From assembly GCF_001194135.2 (NCBI RefSeq), contig NC_068987.1:27301956-27365955 (forward strand): 64,000 bases of DNA, given 5' to 3'. Positions within the stretch are counted from its first letter, which is position 1; the number at the start of each line of letters is the position of its first letter. Under the pieces are notes generated by a model, which had not been told where the DNA came from, made no database searches, and saw only the letters and a program-made list of their open reading frames with translations. Position numbers and translations under genes: made by a program. Positions 27,111 to 39,439 of the stretch are shown here, piece after piece. Origin of the DNA: Octopus bimaculoides. Taxonomy: Eukaryota.

Positions 27111-30100
27111 TCTGAGCTATGATCGAGAAACACACATATCCATTTCTACATCTGTATGAGTGGGCCAGCTTCTCGTTTCTGTCTCAGCTCACTGTTTATA
27201 ATATCTGATATAATTATACACAAACACACACACACGCACACAAACACACATACATACATGCAGACATATATGTACTCATGCATATAACTATGAATGTGAG
27301 TGTAATTACATGTTACTAAAAGATTGGAGATTTCGCATATTTTAGCAGTTCTTCTGGTTATAATGGAACCAATGTCGTGATGCGCAGTGGGTGTTGCTTG
27401 CGCAGTTCTATTACAGATATAATATTTCGGAAAATGTGTACTTGAGATGAATTAATATTTAATCTAAATTCCCGAAGCAAAATCATAAACGGAAAACTTC
27501 ATTCTACGCTAGTTTATAACAGTGGAAAGCGCATAGAATATGCTAGTTTTAATATATAGCTGGATCTTTAAAAAGTATTTTCCTTTCAAGAAGTATTAGC
27601 TCTGTATATATATACTGGTAATAGTTCAATGAAATGAATGTATTATATTAAGTGGTATTATTTTTTATATTTGCTTAATCTTTCTCACCATGTAAATTGT
27701 TACAACAGTATACTATGTTAGGTATCTTTATTAATAATCAGATAAAAATAGTAATATCTTTAATTATTCTCTCTAACTTTACATAGGATATCGGTAAAGT
27801 TTTCTCCGAACATATGGTTTTTAGCTTCTTTTCCTTTATTGTGTTGGAGCAGTTATACAAAATAAAATTTTTCCACCAAAGACGACAACAGTGAAAGTTC
27901 TTAGACATTCGTTTATCACGATTACTTTTTCAAATACTTTTATGCGTGTAATGATTTCTTCTATCGGTTACTTTCGTTGAATCACAGATTAATAACGTTA
28001 TTTATATTTTACTGATTTCAGCTGACACTTGAAATATTTGATCAGTATAAATGTTGGCAATCGTTTACACTGAGTTGATTTTATTATCCTTATATTTACT
28101 ACTACGACAGAAAAAAAAATCGAAAGCCTATCTATGTGATCAAAGCAATGCTGTGTCTTTCCACCGAAAAGTTTCTGCGATATGTCAAAGATTTTGTCAT
28201 GTATTTGGAAAGTTACATTTATATAAATCGCATTTTATTGTGAAATACACCTCATATTTTAAGAAGATTACGTAAAGAGGTTCTGACACTTATGAAAAGT
28301 GAATCCTCTTACAATCAAGTTGTTATTAACTTTCATAGAAACACAAGGTATTGGCATTTGTTGATGTGATATATTTCTCAGCAATCTGTAATTCCCAGTC
28401 AGGATAAAAGATGTTAACATATTTCAATATTACGGTTGCATAAATGACTTGAGCTTTTCTTCATCATTTAGCAGTACGTAGGTTAGTTTTGCAGTTCCAA
28501 AGAGAGATTTGTGCTCGTAAGTTAGCATAATCACACAAGCTAATGAACATAAATAAAAAGCTCAGAATGGAAAATCTTTTTAAACAGCAGGAGGAAATAT
28601 AACAGACTAGGGAAAGAGTATCGAAGAGAAGTAAGAATAAAGTTTAAGAAAAATGGAAATGAAAAACGAAGAAAATATTAAATGTGAAAGCAATCTGTAA
28701 TGAGAATAAATAGAGCAGGGTGGGTACTGAATATTAATTGGGACTTAAAATACTCATATATATATAAACATATATTAACTCACACATATAATATATATAA
28801 TCATATATTAACTCATATATAATCATCTATATGAGTGGACCAGAAAGTCCCTGCATTATTTACACTGAAATAAACAGTGTCACTTAGTAATTAGAATATC
28901 AGCTGGGTTGGTACATCAGTGTATAAAGAGCAGTGTTTAATAACTGGAACGACATAGGTTCAAATAGTGTGTTGCATATCATCGGGAGAATTTCGATGAA
29001 AATAAAATCGCGTCAACCTAGTAAATTATAGTGCATTTTTCTAATGAAAATGTCAGTTGGTAGGGAAAATTAAATTTCTTTGAGGTTCTACATATTTTTT
29101 TATAACTAAATGGAGGCTAAAAATAATATAAATAAAACTATCAGAGTTATAAATAAAAATGGAATTCAAAGTCTAAAGACAACACTTACTTATTTACAGG
29201 TTGGTTTCTTGAACTGTGTACAGCTGTGATTTTAAGGGACTCGATTTACCATTGACTTATGAAAATAATGGGGTATAATAAAGAGTGTGTATTGAATTGA
29301 AATATATCTATTATTCTAAATGCAAAGGACTGTGTATTTAATTAAGAAAAAATATGCATTGTAACAGTTTTAAGTAAATTGTAACAGAGAAAAACTTAAA
29401 TATTGTGAATATAATTTTTTCTATTCTTCATGGATGATTATGCTGTCAATAAAAGTCTGGTGCATATTTAATTGAGCGAAACAAATTGTAATGCAAGTCA
29501 ATGTGATAGATAATTTATGATCGAAAAGCATAAATTTACCTGAGCTATTTATTCCAGTCTATCTGTTGAAACGTTGATTATTACACCAATAGCAATTATG
29601 TTGGTATAACATTTCATTACTCTTTAACTTCATAAGCATTAAATGCTATTTCCTATTGAACTGTTTAATAAATATAATACTAATATTGTTAAACAACGTC
29701 ACTTACTAGATATGACATGAATCAATACGCTTAGCGCCTTCAATCATTAATAATTTCATAACTTATCTGTTCTTTGACAATGTTCTCTGTGTTTTCTTGC
29801 TACTTCACTTTGTGACACAAGGCTACTTGATTCGTCACCAACGAGAATACTACTTTTCTCAGATAACAAAGAATAATGAAATACTCTAGAGACATCCGGC
29901 TTAGGGCAACTAGAATTTTAAATTTCTTCTGAATGACAGATCTAATAATCCAAGAAGAGTGTGGTTCTATTTGAGTATATAAGCATTGATTTGCTGTTGA
30001 TATCGGACTATATTGGTCAATCTACATCTTGTATTGTAAACATAATCGGTATTAGAGCTTTTGCGTTTGTGAGAAGAAATATATTGCAATAGTTTTACAG

Positions 30101-31141
30101 CATATTACTACAAAAGTCAACGTAGTGGTACGTTTTAATATACTAATATTGACCGAATTTACTCCCGGTAAACTTGTACTCTCACCTGAGAATATCAAAT
30201 GTACTATGTTGAACATCCCCGAAATATATGTAATACCGTATTAAATTAAAAGTGAGGTTCCCAGTTGAAGGTCAATCACGATTATTTCTTAACATAAGGT
30301 AAACAGTATCTATCAATTTCAGAAGAAAGTACATCAAAAACGCACGATATAAAATTAACCAAGTGAAAACGTAATACTAAAAAAAAAAATATGTGAAAAC
30401 TGTATATCAAAAGGAAAAGCGTACACATAATCATTGTTTTTAAATAAATATAAAATCAATAGAAACTTTGTGGATAAATAAAGCAAATCTTTTAATATCT
30501 TAATCTGTTTACTTCGCTAGATGCTGGCAAAGTCAGATTAAACAGCATAAACTTTACTAATTCGATTAAATAAAGGAAATCACATAAAACAAATGAATTA
30601 TAATGGTCTATATATTTCCTTCACCAAATATCTAGACATTTTACTTCATAAATATGTAATTTAGGAAAATATATAAACAAGAATACAATCTAATTTGTGG
30701 TAGGTATATGGTATAGACGCTATAGCTTAAATCTGATTTCAGAAACATTTCTTATATCACCCAAAGATTGTCTATTAAATCTAGGTTGGCGGAAGCAGTG
30801 AATCTGTTAATTATTCAATTTATTTTTGCTTTTACTACTGCTAAAATGAAGAACGATGCGCTGCAAAGGTGTATAAACAGTAGTCTGTGTTTGGAGCGTA
30901 TACATACTGAAGTGTATATAATTTTACAATTGCAATATTATTGTCAATATACTTTTAGTAGAATGAAATTTATGAATTATTCATTGTCTATTTCTCTTCA
31001 CTAAAGTTAAGTAGTTTAAATTTACCAAAAACAAAAAAAAATAAAAAAATAAACAAAAGCAACTTATATATTCAACTACAACATAAGGTACCTATGAACA
31101 TTCTGTGTGCATGGATGGATTTGTGTGTGTGCGTGTGTGTG

Positions 31142-31179
<38 letters not shown>

Positions 31180-31739
31180 AATGCGTATATGCGTTTGTGT
31201 GTGTACATGCTTGCATGTTAGAGTATTATATGCGAAATGGAGACGTCGACTGTTATAAGTTATGTACAAAGTTAGTGTTATAGGAGTCGATTAATTTAGC
31301 GTTTATATGAACACGTTCCAACACTCCAATGAAGTGTAAGACGCACATTCGTAACTAGATATTGGTAGTAGTAAAGACACATACACATAAATGCACATAC
31401 AAACTTGTATGTGTGTATGTATGTATGTATGTATGTATGTATGTATGAATGCATGTATGTATGTATGAATACATTTTGTTGCCGAGAAATAAATGTATCG
31501 TTCGGATACACTAGACTCGTGTATATTTATATACATGCAAAACTCATGCATGGATCAAGACTTATCTACATCTAGAATACCTGAAATACTTTCTAACGAA
31601 ATTATGAGAAACATAAAATGTAACATATATCAGTATTAATTACTAGTTTGTTATATATTTCAAACTTCAGTGACAGTGTGTGTATTCTGGAAACCAAGTA
31701 CCAAATATGATGAAAGTAACATAAAGAACATAAAATTCC

Positions 31740-32065
31740 AGCGGGCAAGAATCAGTTTGTATATTAAAATGAGAACACGCAGCAGAATGCACGAAACACA
31801 ACTTGATTTATGTTGGTTGTACAACAGAACAATTAAACAAAAAATTCAATGCGCACATATATGACGTTAGGCATAATAGCAGTAGCTCGACAAAACTTGC
31901 CGATCATTTTGAATCAAACGGCTTCAATTTTGAAAAAGACTTGAAAGTGCATATTCTCAGAAAATATTCTGAATCTGGTACACTTGTAGTACCCAAAATG
32001 TATGAGGAGAAATATGTTTGCGGATATTAACGTCACGCCCTGGAGAAATGAATAAAATGATAGAA
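31740..32065 (+). mobile_element. Penelope-like element GIY-YIG endonuclease relic
   Basis: ECTKHNLIYVGCTTEQLNKKFNAHIYDVRHNSSSSTKLADHFESNGFNFEKDLKVHIL, then frameshifted ILTSRPGEMN. This fits the PLE GIY-YIG pattern YVG.T...L..R...H....S.LA.H....L.T..P.G.N. Confidence 0.75.
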
Positions 32066-32589
32066 TTTCATCAAATTGACATAAACTGTTTGATTAAATA
32101 TTCTTCTTTTTCCTTTTCTATCTTCTTTCTTTTTTCTTTTTTTTTTCTCTTTTTTTCTTTCTTTTTCTGTTTGCTTGTTGTAAAATTGAGCTTTGAAGAC
32201 TGATGATGTCATTCCATCAACGTGTGAACTCTGGTTGCTCTTGTTCATATTTTAGATTTGAATTTCTATAATTTTGAATTTTTATCACGTTTTATTTTGA
32301 ACTCAACAGAGACAAGTTTGCTGTCAAAATATCATTTAAGTAATAAAATATCTATTGCAATCGCATCTCTCTCTTTGTATTGTTTATTTACCTTTGTGAA
32401 GAGTTACGTCAATCCTTTTAAAATATTAAAGAGAATATGAATAGTAATGATAATAATAATAATAACAACAACAACTAGAACAACATCTGAAAAGTCTCGA
32501 TCCGCGTATGTGCCGAAAATGTATGGAGAGAATATATATATGTATATATATATATNNNNNNNNNNNTATATATACACCATCTATTATAT

Positions 32590-33125
32590 ATCGATGATCT
32601 CAAGTTATACATAAAAACGAAACGGTTTTAGATTCTATGAATAAGAGAATAGGGACATTTAACAAGGATACTGGAATGCAGTTTGCGGGTAAGTGTGCAA
32701 TATTAATTATATATGAAAGGTCGATTGTTTAAAACATTGCCACAACGCAATGTCCTATTTTTATCAGACAGTAAATTGTGGTAGATGTTGACAATCAGTA
32801 GTAGTTGAAACATGAAAAGTGATGTAAAAATTTGAGCTCACAAGGTAGGGGCCTTATCTCAATTTATGAGCCAAATCATGACAATAGCAAGCGTATGTAC
32901 TGAAATGAAAATCTGGCAGTATAATGAAGTTTCCCTACCAGCAATTATGCCTGACAGTGAAATAGGAAAAGTCATAACAAAAATAATCAGGGACAATCCA
33001 CCAACTACGCCCATGGAAGATAATTTATATCGCCTAGTGAGGCAATATTATGGCAAAGGAAATCTTCGATGGAATAAATCCTATCCACTACAGAACATGA
33101 CAGCACTATTTGGTTTCATCTGTTA
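32590..33125 (+). mobile_element. Decayed R4/Dong-like reverse transcriptase remnant
   Basis: IDDLKLY (32590-32610), then frameshifted DSMNKRIGTFNKDTGMQFAGKCAIL, later GRGLISI; motifs of R4/NeSL-type RT. Confidence 0.65.
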
Positions 33126-33549
33126 AAATTTTACGGTTGAGACCTGTAGAAATCTGACTACTTCAATGACGTAGATATAAGATGAAAGAAAATATAAAAA
33201 AATACTTCCAGGAAATACTTTAAAAGCATGAACACCAAGTGGGACAAGACCTCAGAAAATTGTATGTAATACATTGACCACCATTGCTACTTTTGCTTTA
33301 GAGAAATTCCATCATTATTTCGGCAGTACACTAAAAACCAAATATTTTTTTTACAGTCTTAGAATGACAAATTTCGAGGTTCTTGATGCATCATAAAATC
33401 TATATACCTGCATGGGTTGTAGATAATTGTCACTGGCTGTTTAAATGTGTCTGCTGTTAGTGTTAAGCACAGTCGGCTAAACAATACATGTGACAAAACA
33501 AAAATTCCAAGCGTAACTTTTAATTCCTCGTTATTGAAAACATGCAAAG

Positions 33550-33581
<32 letters not shown>

Positions 33582-35099
33582 GTGTTGTGCTGTCGATGCA
33601 ATTGTATACGGAGTTACGTATTTACATATGTGTTCAGGTTGGTGTGGACACAGTTGTTAAGATTTCCTAGTTACCTGAATTTTTGAAAGCAACAACATTT
33701 AAATAGTTATAGAGTAAATGTTTGCAGTATTTCTGAACCGTTCTTTCTTATGTATATAATGTAACCAAAAATATTCCGCAGAATGCACGATAGCAGGAAG
33801 TAAAGCAAATTGGTAGTGATTGAATATCTTTAAAGTCGTGCCAATAATTATCACGACAAACAACAAACGAATACGAAGTGTTTAAGTCGTGCAACGTGAA
33901 GCAAAACAATAATTTACCTCCATTTTCGTTTATTTGTTATTTATTTCCACCAGAGAAAACCACACAGTTATTACTGAAGTGAATGATGTTCTATTTTGAT
34001 TCAGTGTTGAACTATGCAAAAGAGCTACGGGGCATTTGAACTTAAGGTGCTAAGTTTGAAACTATTTGGGTATAAAGAGGGGTTTGTGAAATGCCCATTT
34101 CCCAACGAATATAAGCTGACTGTAAAGCAGTAGAAATGCTAATTGTTTTCCTGTTTGTGTGAAAATGGCAGGTTGCATAGGCAGATTGTATAATGTATGG
34201 CACTATCTCTTATATAGCTTTTCTTAACCAAGTCGTCATGTTTTCGTGAAAATAATGACTATTGAATGGAAACCTGCAAAGTAATTACAATAATATTTTG
34301 CATCACATTTTATTATGTAAGTATATACAGCATGAGATGATGTCTTCTGAATTTATACATACATATATATATATATATATATATTAATGAACGTATGAAC
34401 ATAAAATTTATGTGAGCGTTAATAAGTGTGGCACACACGGATACACACACGCATACACGTTTAAATTAGAAACCGTAAAAAAGAATAACATCAACTGAGA
34501 GATTCTAACGTCAGTACATGTACACACATACATATATATACATATAGCGAGATAATGACAGAGGAAGAGAGAGAGAGAGAGAGAGAGAGAGCGTGTGTGT
34601 GTGTGTGTGCGTGTATACGTGTGTGTGTGTATGTGTGTGTGTGTGTGTGTCTGTATGTGTGCTTCTGTTTATGTACTTCAGTTTAAGTGAATGGGAGACT
34701 GGTTTGGCAAAATAGCGTGTTGGCCATTTATCTCTTATTCATTCTAACATTTGACTTCATAAATTAGTTGTGATGACAGTAGTCTCAGTCTGCATCAGTC
34801 TGCTTTTCCTTCGAGCAATATCCATGGCATGGTCAGATCACTCATATTAGTAGCCGACTACCATCAATTGCTTTACGTATAATATCTACATGTGTACATT
34901 CACTTGCTCTTGCTTGAATGTAGGTGTTTGTGTGGGCGTATGAATGTATATTTGCTCGTATATATGTATATATGTATGTGTATGTGTGGAGTATGCCTGT
35001 GTATATGTATGTGTGATATACTTCTATCCTTTGATTGAATTGAAGGATATGAAAGTGCTCCTGCCGTCTCTCATGAGAACGTTCATAACCCACAACGCT

Positions 35100-36520
35100 G
35101 AAACAGGTGTTACAAGGCAGCCCGACCAACTCTATATACCGCCAACCCTCTGCTCTTGATTGCAAGTTAGGTACAAACAACTAATGGACGAAAGGTTAAA
35201 TTTGTAACCAATAAAGAGAGAATCTAAGCAAATAGCACGTGATATTTTATGTAACATTAAACATAATATTAGCTGGTTCTGTTGCAGCTGGTAGGGAAGA
35301 GCAGTGTTCATGTCCTTTGCAGACGTTCCTAGACCAATGAGATTGATGTCATTAATTTTCCATTTGAAATTTCTAAGGCAATATCTGCGGAAAGGTATAA
35401 GCAGGGAAGGAATACCGTAGGGCCGATACTTCAAGAAGGAAACATGGCATTATGAGCATTATGGTTAGTGTCGTGCCGATTTGGGTTCAATAAAACAAGA
35501 GTAAGGTGAAGAGGTTGCGACAGAAAATCATATGTTAAATTTTCATGAGCACAACCAGATCCACAGAGCGAAGCCCATTAAATTGGTGGCAGAAATGTCA
35601 GATAGACAGCACACAATGGGGCAGAGGCTGGAGCAGCTAGACTGTGAATGACTTCATGCCAGTCAGTCGAGTGCACCTTTCCCGAATGTAGTGTAGGAGC
35701 TTTCTATATGCAGGAGCAACAGGACTCCAGATGTGAGATCAATATTCTCTTGCGCGCCCCAAATGAGCTTTGTGAAGAATCATTAGGGACTGATGTATCT
35801 TCTAAACCTGATATGAAGGTCCAGGTTCTGTAAAGATACCCTAAGTTCAGGATGTACTTTTACTAGAAGAAATCCACGATGATTGTGTGAATGAGCAACT
35901 CGAGCGATTTTGTGCGTTGTAGCAGAAAGATTTTCATGATTAAATGGACTGTGATGTGATGAATTTTTCTGTCTTTTCTAGGAATCGTCACATATTTCGA
36001 GTCTTGGCTGCGAGTGAATAATGCTGAGTAAAAGAATGTTTGGAAGGAATAAAGTGTAAGACCATCAGCGAAACAGTGAGTGGGTGTTGTTGGATGCGTA
36101 AGTCAGCAAGGTGCAATTATTTTACTAATAGATTACGAACCGATAACAGGATGAACCTGTTTCCTAGTGCCTGCTGGTGGTGTTAGAATCAAGGTGAGGA
36201 AAAACATCGTCAACAAGCCTCGATAGCTCGATCTGATAGAAATCTTCTGATTCCAGAGGTGAGAGCTAGGTAGGAAGCGTCTACTGAAGTTTCACTTGCA
36301 AAATATATTAGAAAGCATTGCTGATAGTAGGGTGGTACAACTGGGTTCAGTGTCACAGACTAGGTCACCAATAGATGTGGCTTTATGGTAAATGTACTGA
36401 GCGTTATTAAGGAGAGATATAGATCCACAGTTTTGGAGGATGTTGTTCATGATGGCCGTCTTCGTTGTCTTGTAATCAGTGCAAAGTGTGACTGTTCGTA
36501 GACTCAGAGCTGTTGCATTC
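35100..36520. mobile_element. GC-elevated, stop-riddled block, probably a decayed retroelement
   Basis: Composition shift relative to the flanks and no open frame; only weak LINE-like words, family not assignable. Confidence 0.3.
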
Positions 36521-37862
36521 CTTAGGCTTACTTTTGTGTGTAAGCATGTAGGTGTGTGTTATATGCGTGTAGATAATATCTTTTATCTTGTAATTGTTAC
36601 AGACATCAGACTGCTGCCATATTGAGACTCAGCTTTGGGGAATTTTCGGTGAAGGAGTTGACCCAAGTGTTTATTATCTTCTGAAGCCTAGCACTCATTC
36701 TATTGTTCTCTTTTGTTAAATTGCAAATGTATGAGGACATAAACACACATGTGTATTAATAGACATTATATTATGTCTATTTATTTATTTAAAATATTTC
36801 TGATATTGCACTTGCATGTATACAGTACTTTACCCATGCATATATATTATCAGAACTATTTTAAATAAATACACATAATATAATGTCTAGCAGCTGATAT
36901 TAACTATTTCTGGATTATCTCCATTTTCTCATTGCCATATATATATATATATATATATATANNNNNNNNNNNNNNNNNNNNNNNNNNNNNNNNNNNNNNN
37001 NNNNNNNNNNNNNNNNNNNNNNNNNNNNNNNNNNNNNNNNNNNNNNNNNNNNNNNNNNNNNNNNNNNNNNNNNNNNNNNNNNNNNNNNNNNNNNNNNNNN
37101 NNNNNNNNNNNNNNNNNNNNNNNNNNNNNNNNNNNNNNNNNNNNNNNNNNNNNNNNNNNNNNNNNNNNNNNNNNNNNNNNNNNNNNNNNNNNNNNNNNNN
37201 NNNNNNNNNNNNNNNNNNNNNNNNNNNNNNNNNNNNNNNNNNNNNNNNNNNNNNNNNNNNNNNNNNNNNNNNNNNNNNNNNNNNNNNNNNNNNNNNNNNN
37301 NNNNNNNNNNNNNNNNNNNNNNNNNNNNNNNNNNNNNNNNNNNNNNNNNNNNNNNNNNNNNNNNNNNNNNNNNNNNNNNNNNNNNNNNNNNNNNNNNNNN
37401 NNNNNNNNNNNNNNNNNNNNNNNNNNNNNNNNNNNNNNNNATATATATATATATATATACTTATATATATTTATATATATGTTTATGTATTTATAATATA
37501 TATATATGTACACATTTATATTGATATATATTTATATATGTATATTTGGTATGTATATATATACATTAGATATCTATATGCAATAAATATATTCCAGGTT
37601 ATCAGGAATTTTACTAATTTCTACTTTTCTAATGAAATGCAAAAAATATATTTTGTAGTATTACTATTAGCAATTTGAGATATTTACCACGATACAAGCC
37701 ACTCCTATTTCAGGATAACCTCATGGCATGTTATACACATATAGAATTATATCAAATAAAATAATTAAAATAACATAAAATATTTTTTTTTAATAAATAT
37801 ATCTTACCCGCTATTAATCTGTGTGGAAAGAAGGTAATACATTTAATCGCTACACGAAATTC

Positions 37863-37939
37863 TGCGCTGGTGTGGTGTGTATTAAGGCTATACATAATAC
37901 CTTTATAAATATAGCCTTAATACACACCCCACCAGTGCA
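37863..37939. ncRNA. 77-nt near-perfect hairpin (pre-miRNA-like or palindromic MITE relic)
   Basis: Arms 37863-37892 and 37910-37939 pair over 30 bp with one G.T and one mismatch; 17-nt AT-rich loop. Confidence 0.35.
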
Positions 37940-37983
37940 AGTACACTTGTAGCGTTTACTTGTACTACCTTCTTTCCCCACAG

Positions 37984-37994
37984 ATTAATAACAG
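37984..37994 (+). other. Candidate 11-nt microexon ATTAATAACAG
   Basis: Acceptor ccttctttccccacag and donor CAG|gtaaga are both near consensus. Confidence 0.35.
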
Positions 37995-38397
37995 GTAAGA
38001 TATATTTATTTAACTAATTTTATTTCATGTTATTTTAATTATTTTATTTGTTTTAATTTTCTCTGCGTATACTATGCCATAAGGTTACCCTGAAATAGGA
38101 GTTGCTTATATATATNNNNNNNNNNNNNNNNNNNNNNNNNNNNNNNNNNNNNNNNNNNNNNNNNNNNNNNNNNNNNNNNNNTATATATTAGTGTGTGGGG
38201 GATGCCTATAAATCATGTATATATGCATACATATATAAGTCGTGAGTAATTATATTTATCTGCGTCACTACCTCCACATCAGCGCCTCTTGGATTTCTGT
38301 TATAGCCACTTGTATCGTTGTTGGCCTAGATTTTGATGAATATTTCGGAGTTTAAATTCAAATGAATATCAGAACTACGATATCTTTTCACATATTG

Positions 38398-38432
<35 letters not shown>

Positions 38433-39422
38433 ATTTGGGTATGTAGAATGTTAAATTCCTACAAGCTGTAACATAACGTACATGGACACTGACATATTCA
38501 TGCGCTTACAATATATATAATCATATTAACGGTTTTCATTCATAATAAATAAGTGCAAGAAATTATTTGAGCATTTTGACGTTACTTTAGAAATCGTAAA
38601 AAAATTTCTACATTTGTAATTCATACCTATCTTTTATATTCTCTATTATAACTAAAAATCAAAAATTTTCCTCGGCTTTTCAATATGAAAGCAGGTTGCA
38701 TGTTACAGAACATACATACTTGTTATTTTGTAATACCAATATGTTGTCCCACACATTTATTTTGGTGCTTTGCTGGGGTTCATTTAGCTAGGTATTCTAT
38801 CTAAAAGCTTGAAATCTATGATAGCGTGCGTTTTCTATATTTTGACTAATTAGATCCCATTTGAAAGAAAAGCATGCTGTATTTTGAAATTTATTTTGTC
38901 TCTTTTCAGCTAAAAACTATGTGTTATGTGCAGCAATAGTAAATGTAATATGAACCCAGAAAGAAATTAATTTTAATAGTAACTTAGATATTCTCGATGT
39001 AGATAAAATAGAGTTATTGATTGGACACGAGAAATATTACCAAAACTGATCTGAGTTATTACCGATCTTTTATAAGCAAGTAGCTGATAATAAATCATAG
39101 AAAATCTTGCTGAAAGACTGAACAGTGAATTTGAACTAAAACTTATTTTCCGAGGACGAAGAAAGAGATGTGCTTTTGTAAAGCATGCCATATTTACTAC
39201 TAAATGATAACATGTCAAAGATTAACATTTCAAAAGAATTGGATCGTATTCCTGATTATATCTGTGTAATTGATATACTATTTAGTAGTCTTCCTTAACA
39301 TATATATATGTATATATATATATGCTTAGTTTATGCAAATCAGTGTCAAATGTGCTATCACATTTTCGAATAATTTTCTGCATAAGCTATTTTAAAACAT
39401 TATACGTTGACTTCTGTTGCAG

Positions 39423-39439
39423 AAGTATGCAACACAAAG
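39423..39439 (+). other. Candidate 17-nt microexon AAGTATGCAACACAAAG
   Basis: Acceptor gacttctgttgcag, donor AAG|gtatgc; open in all three phases. Confidence 0.25.
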
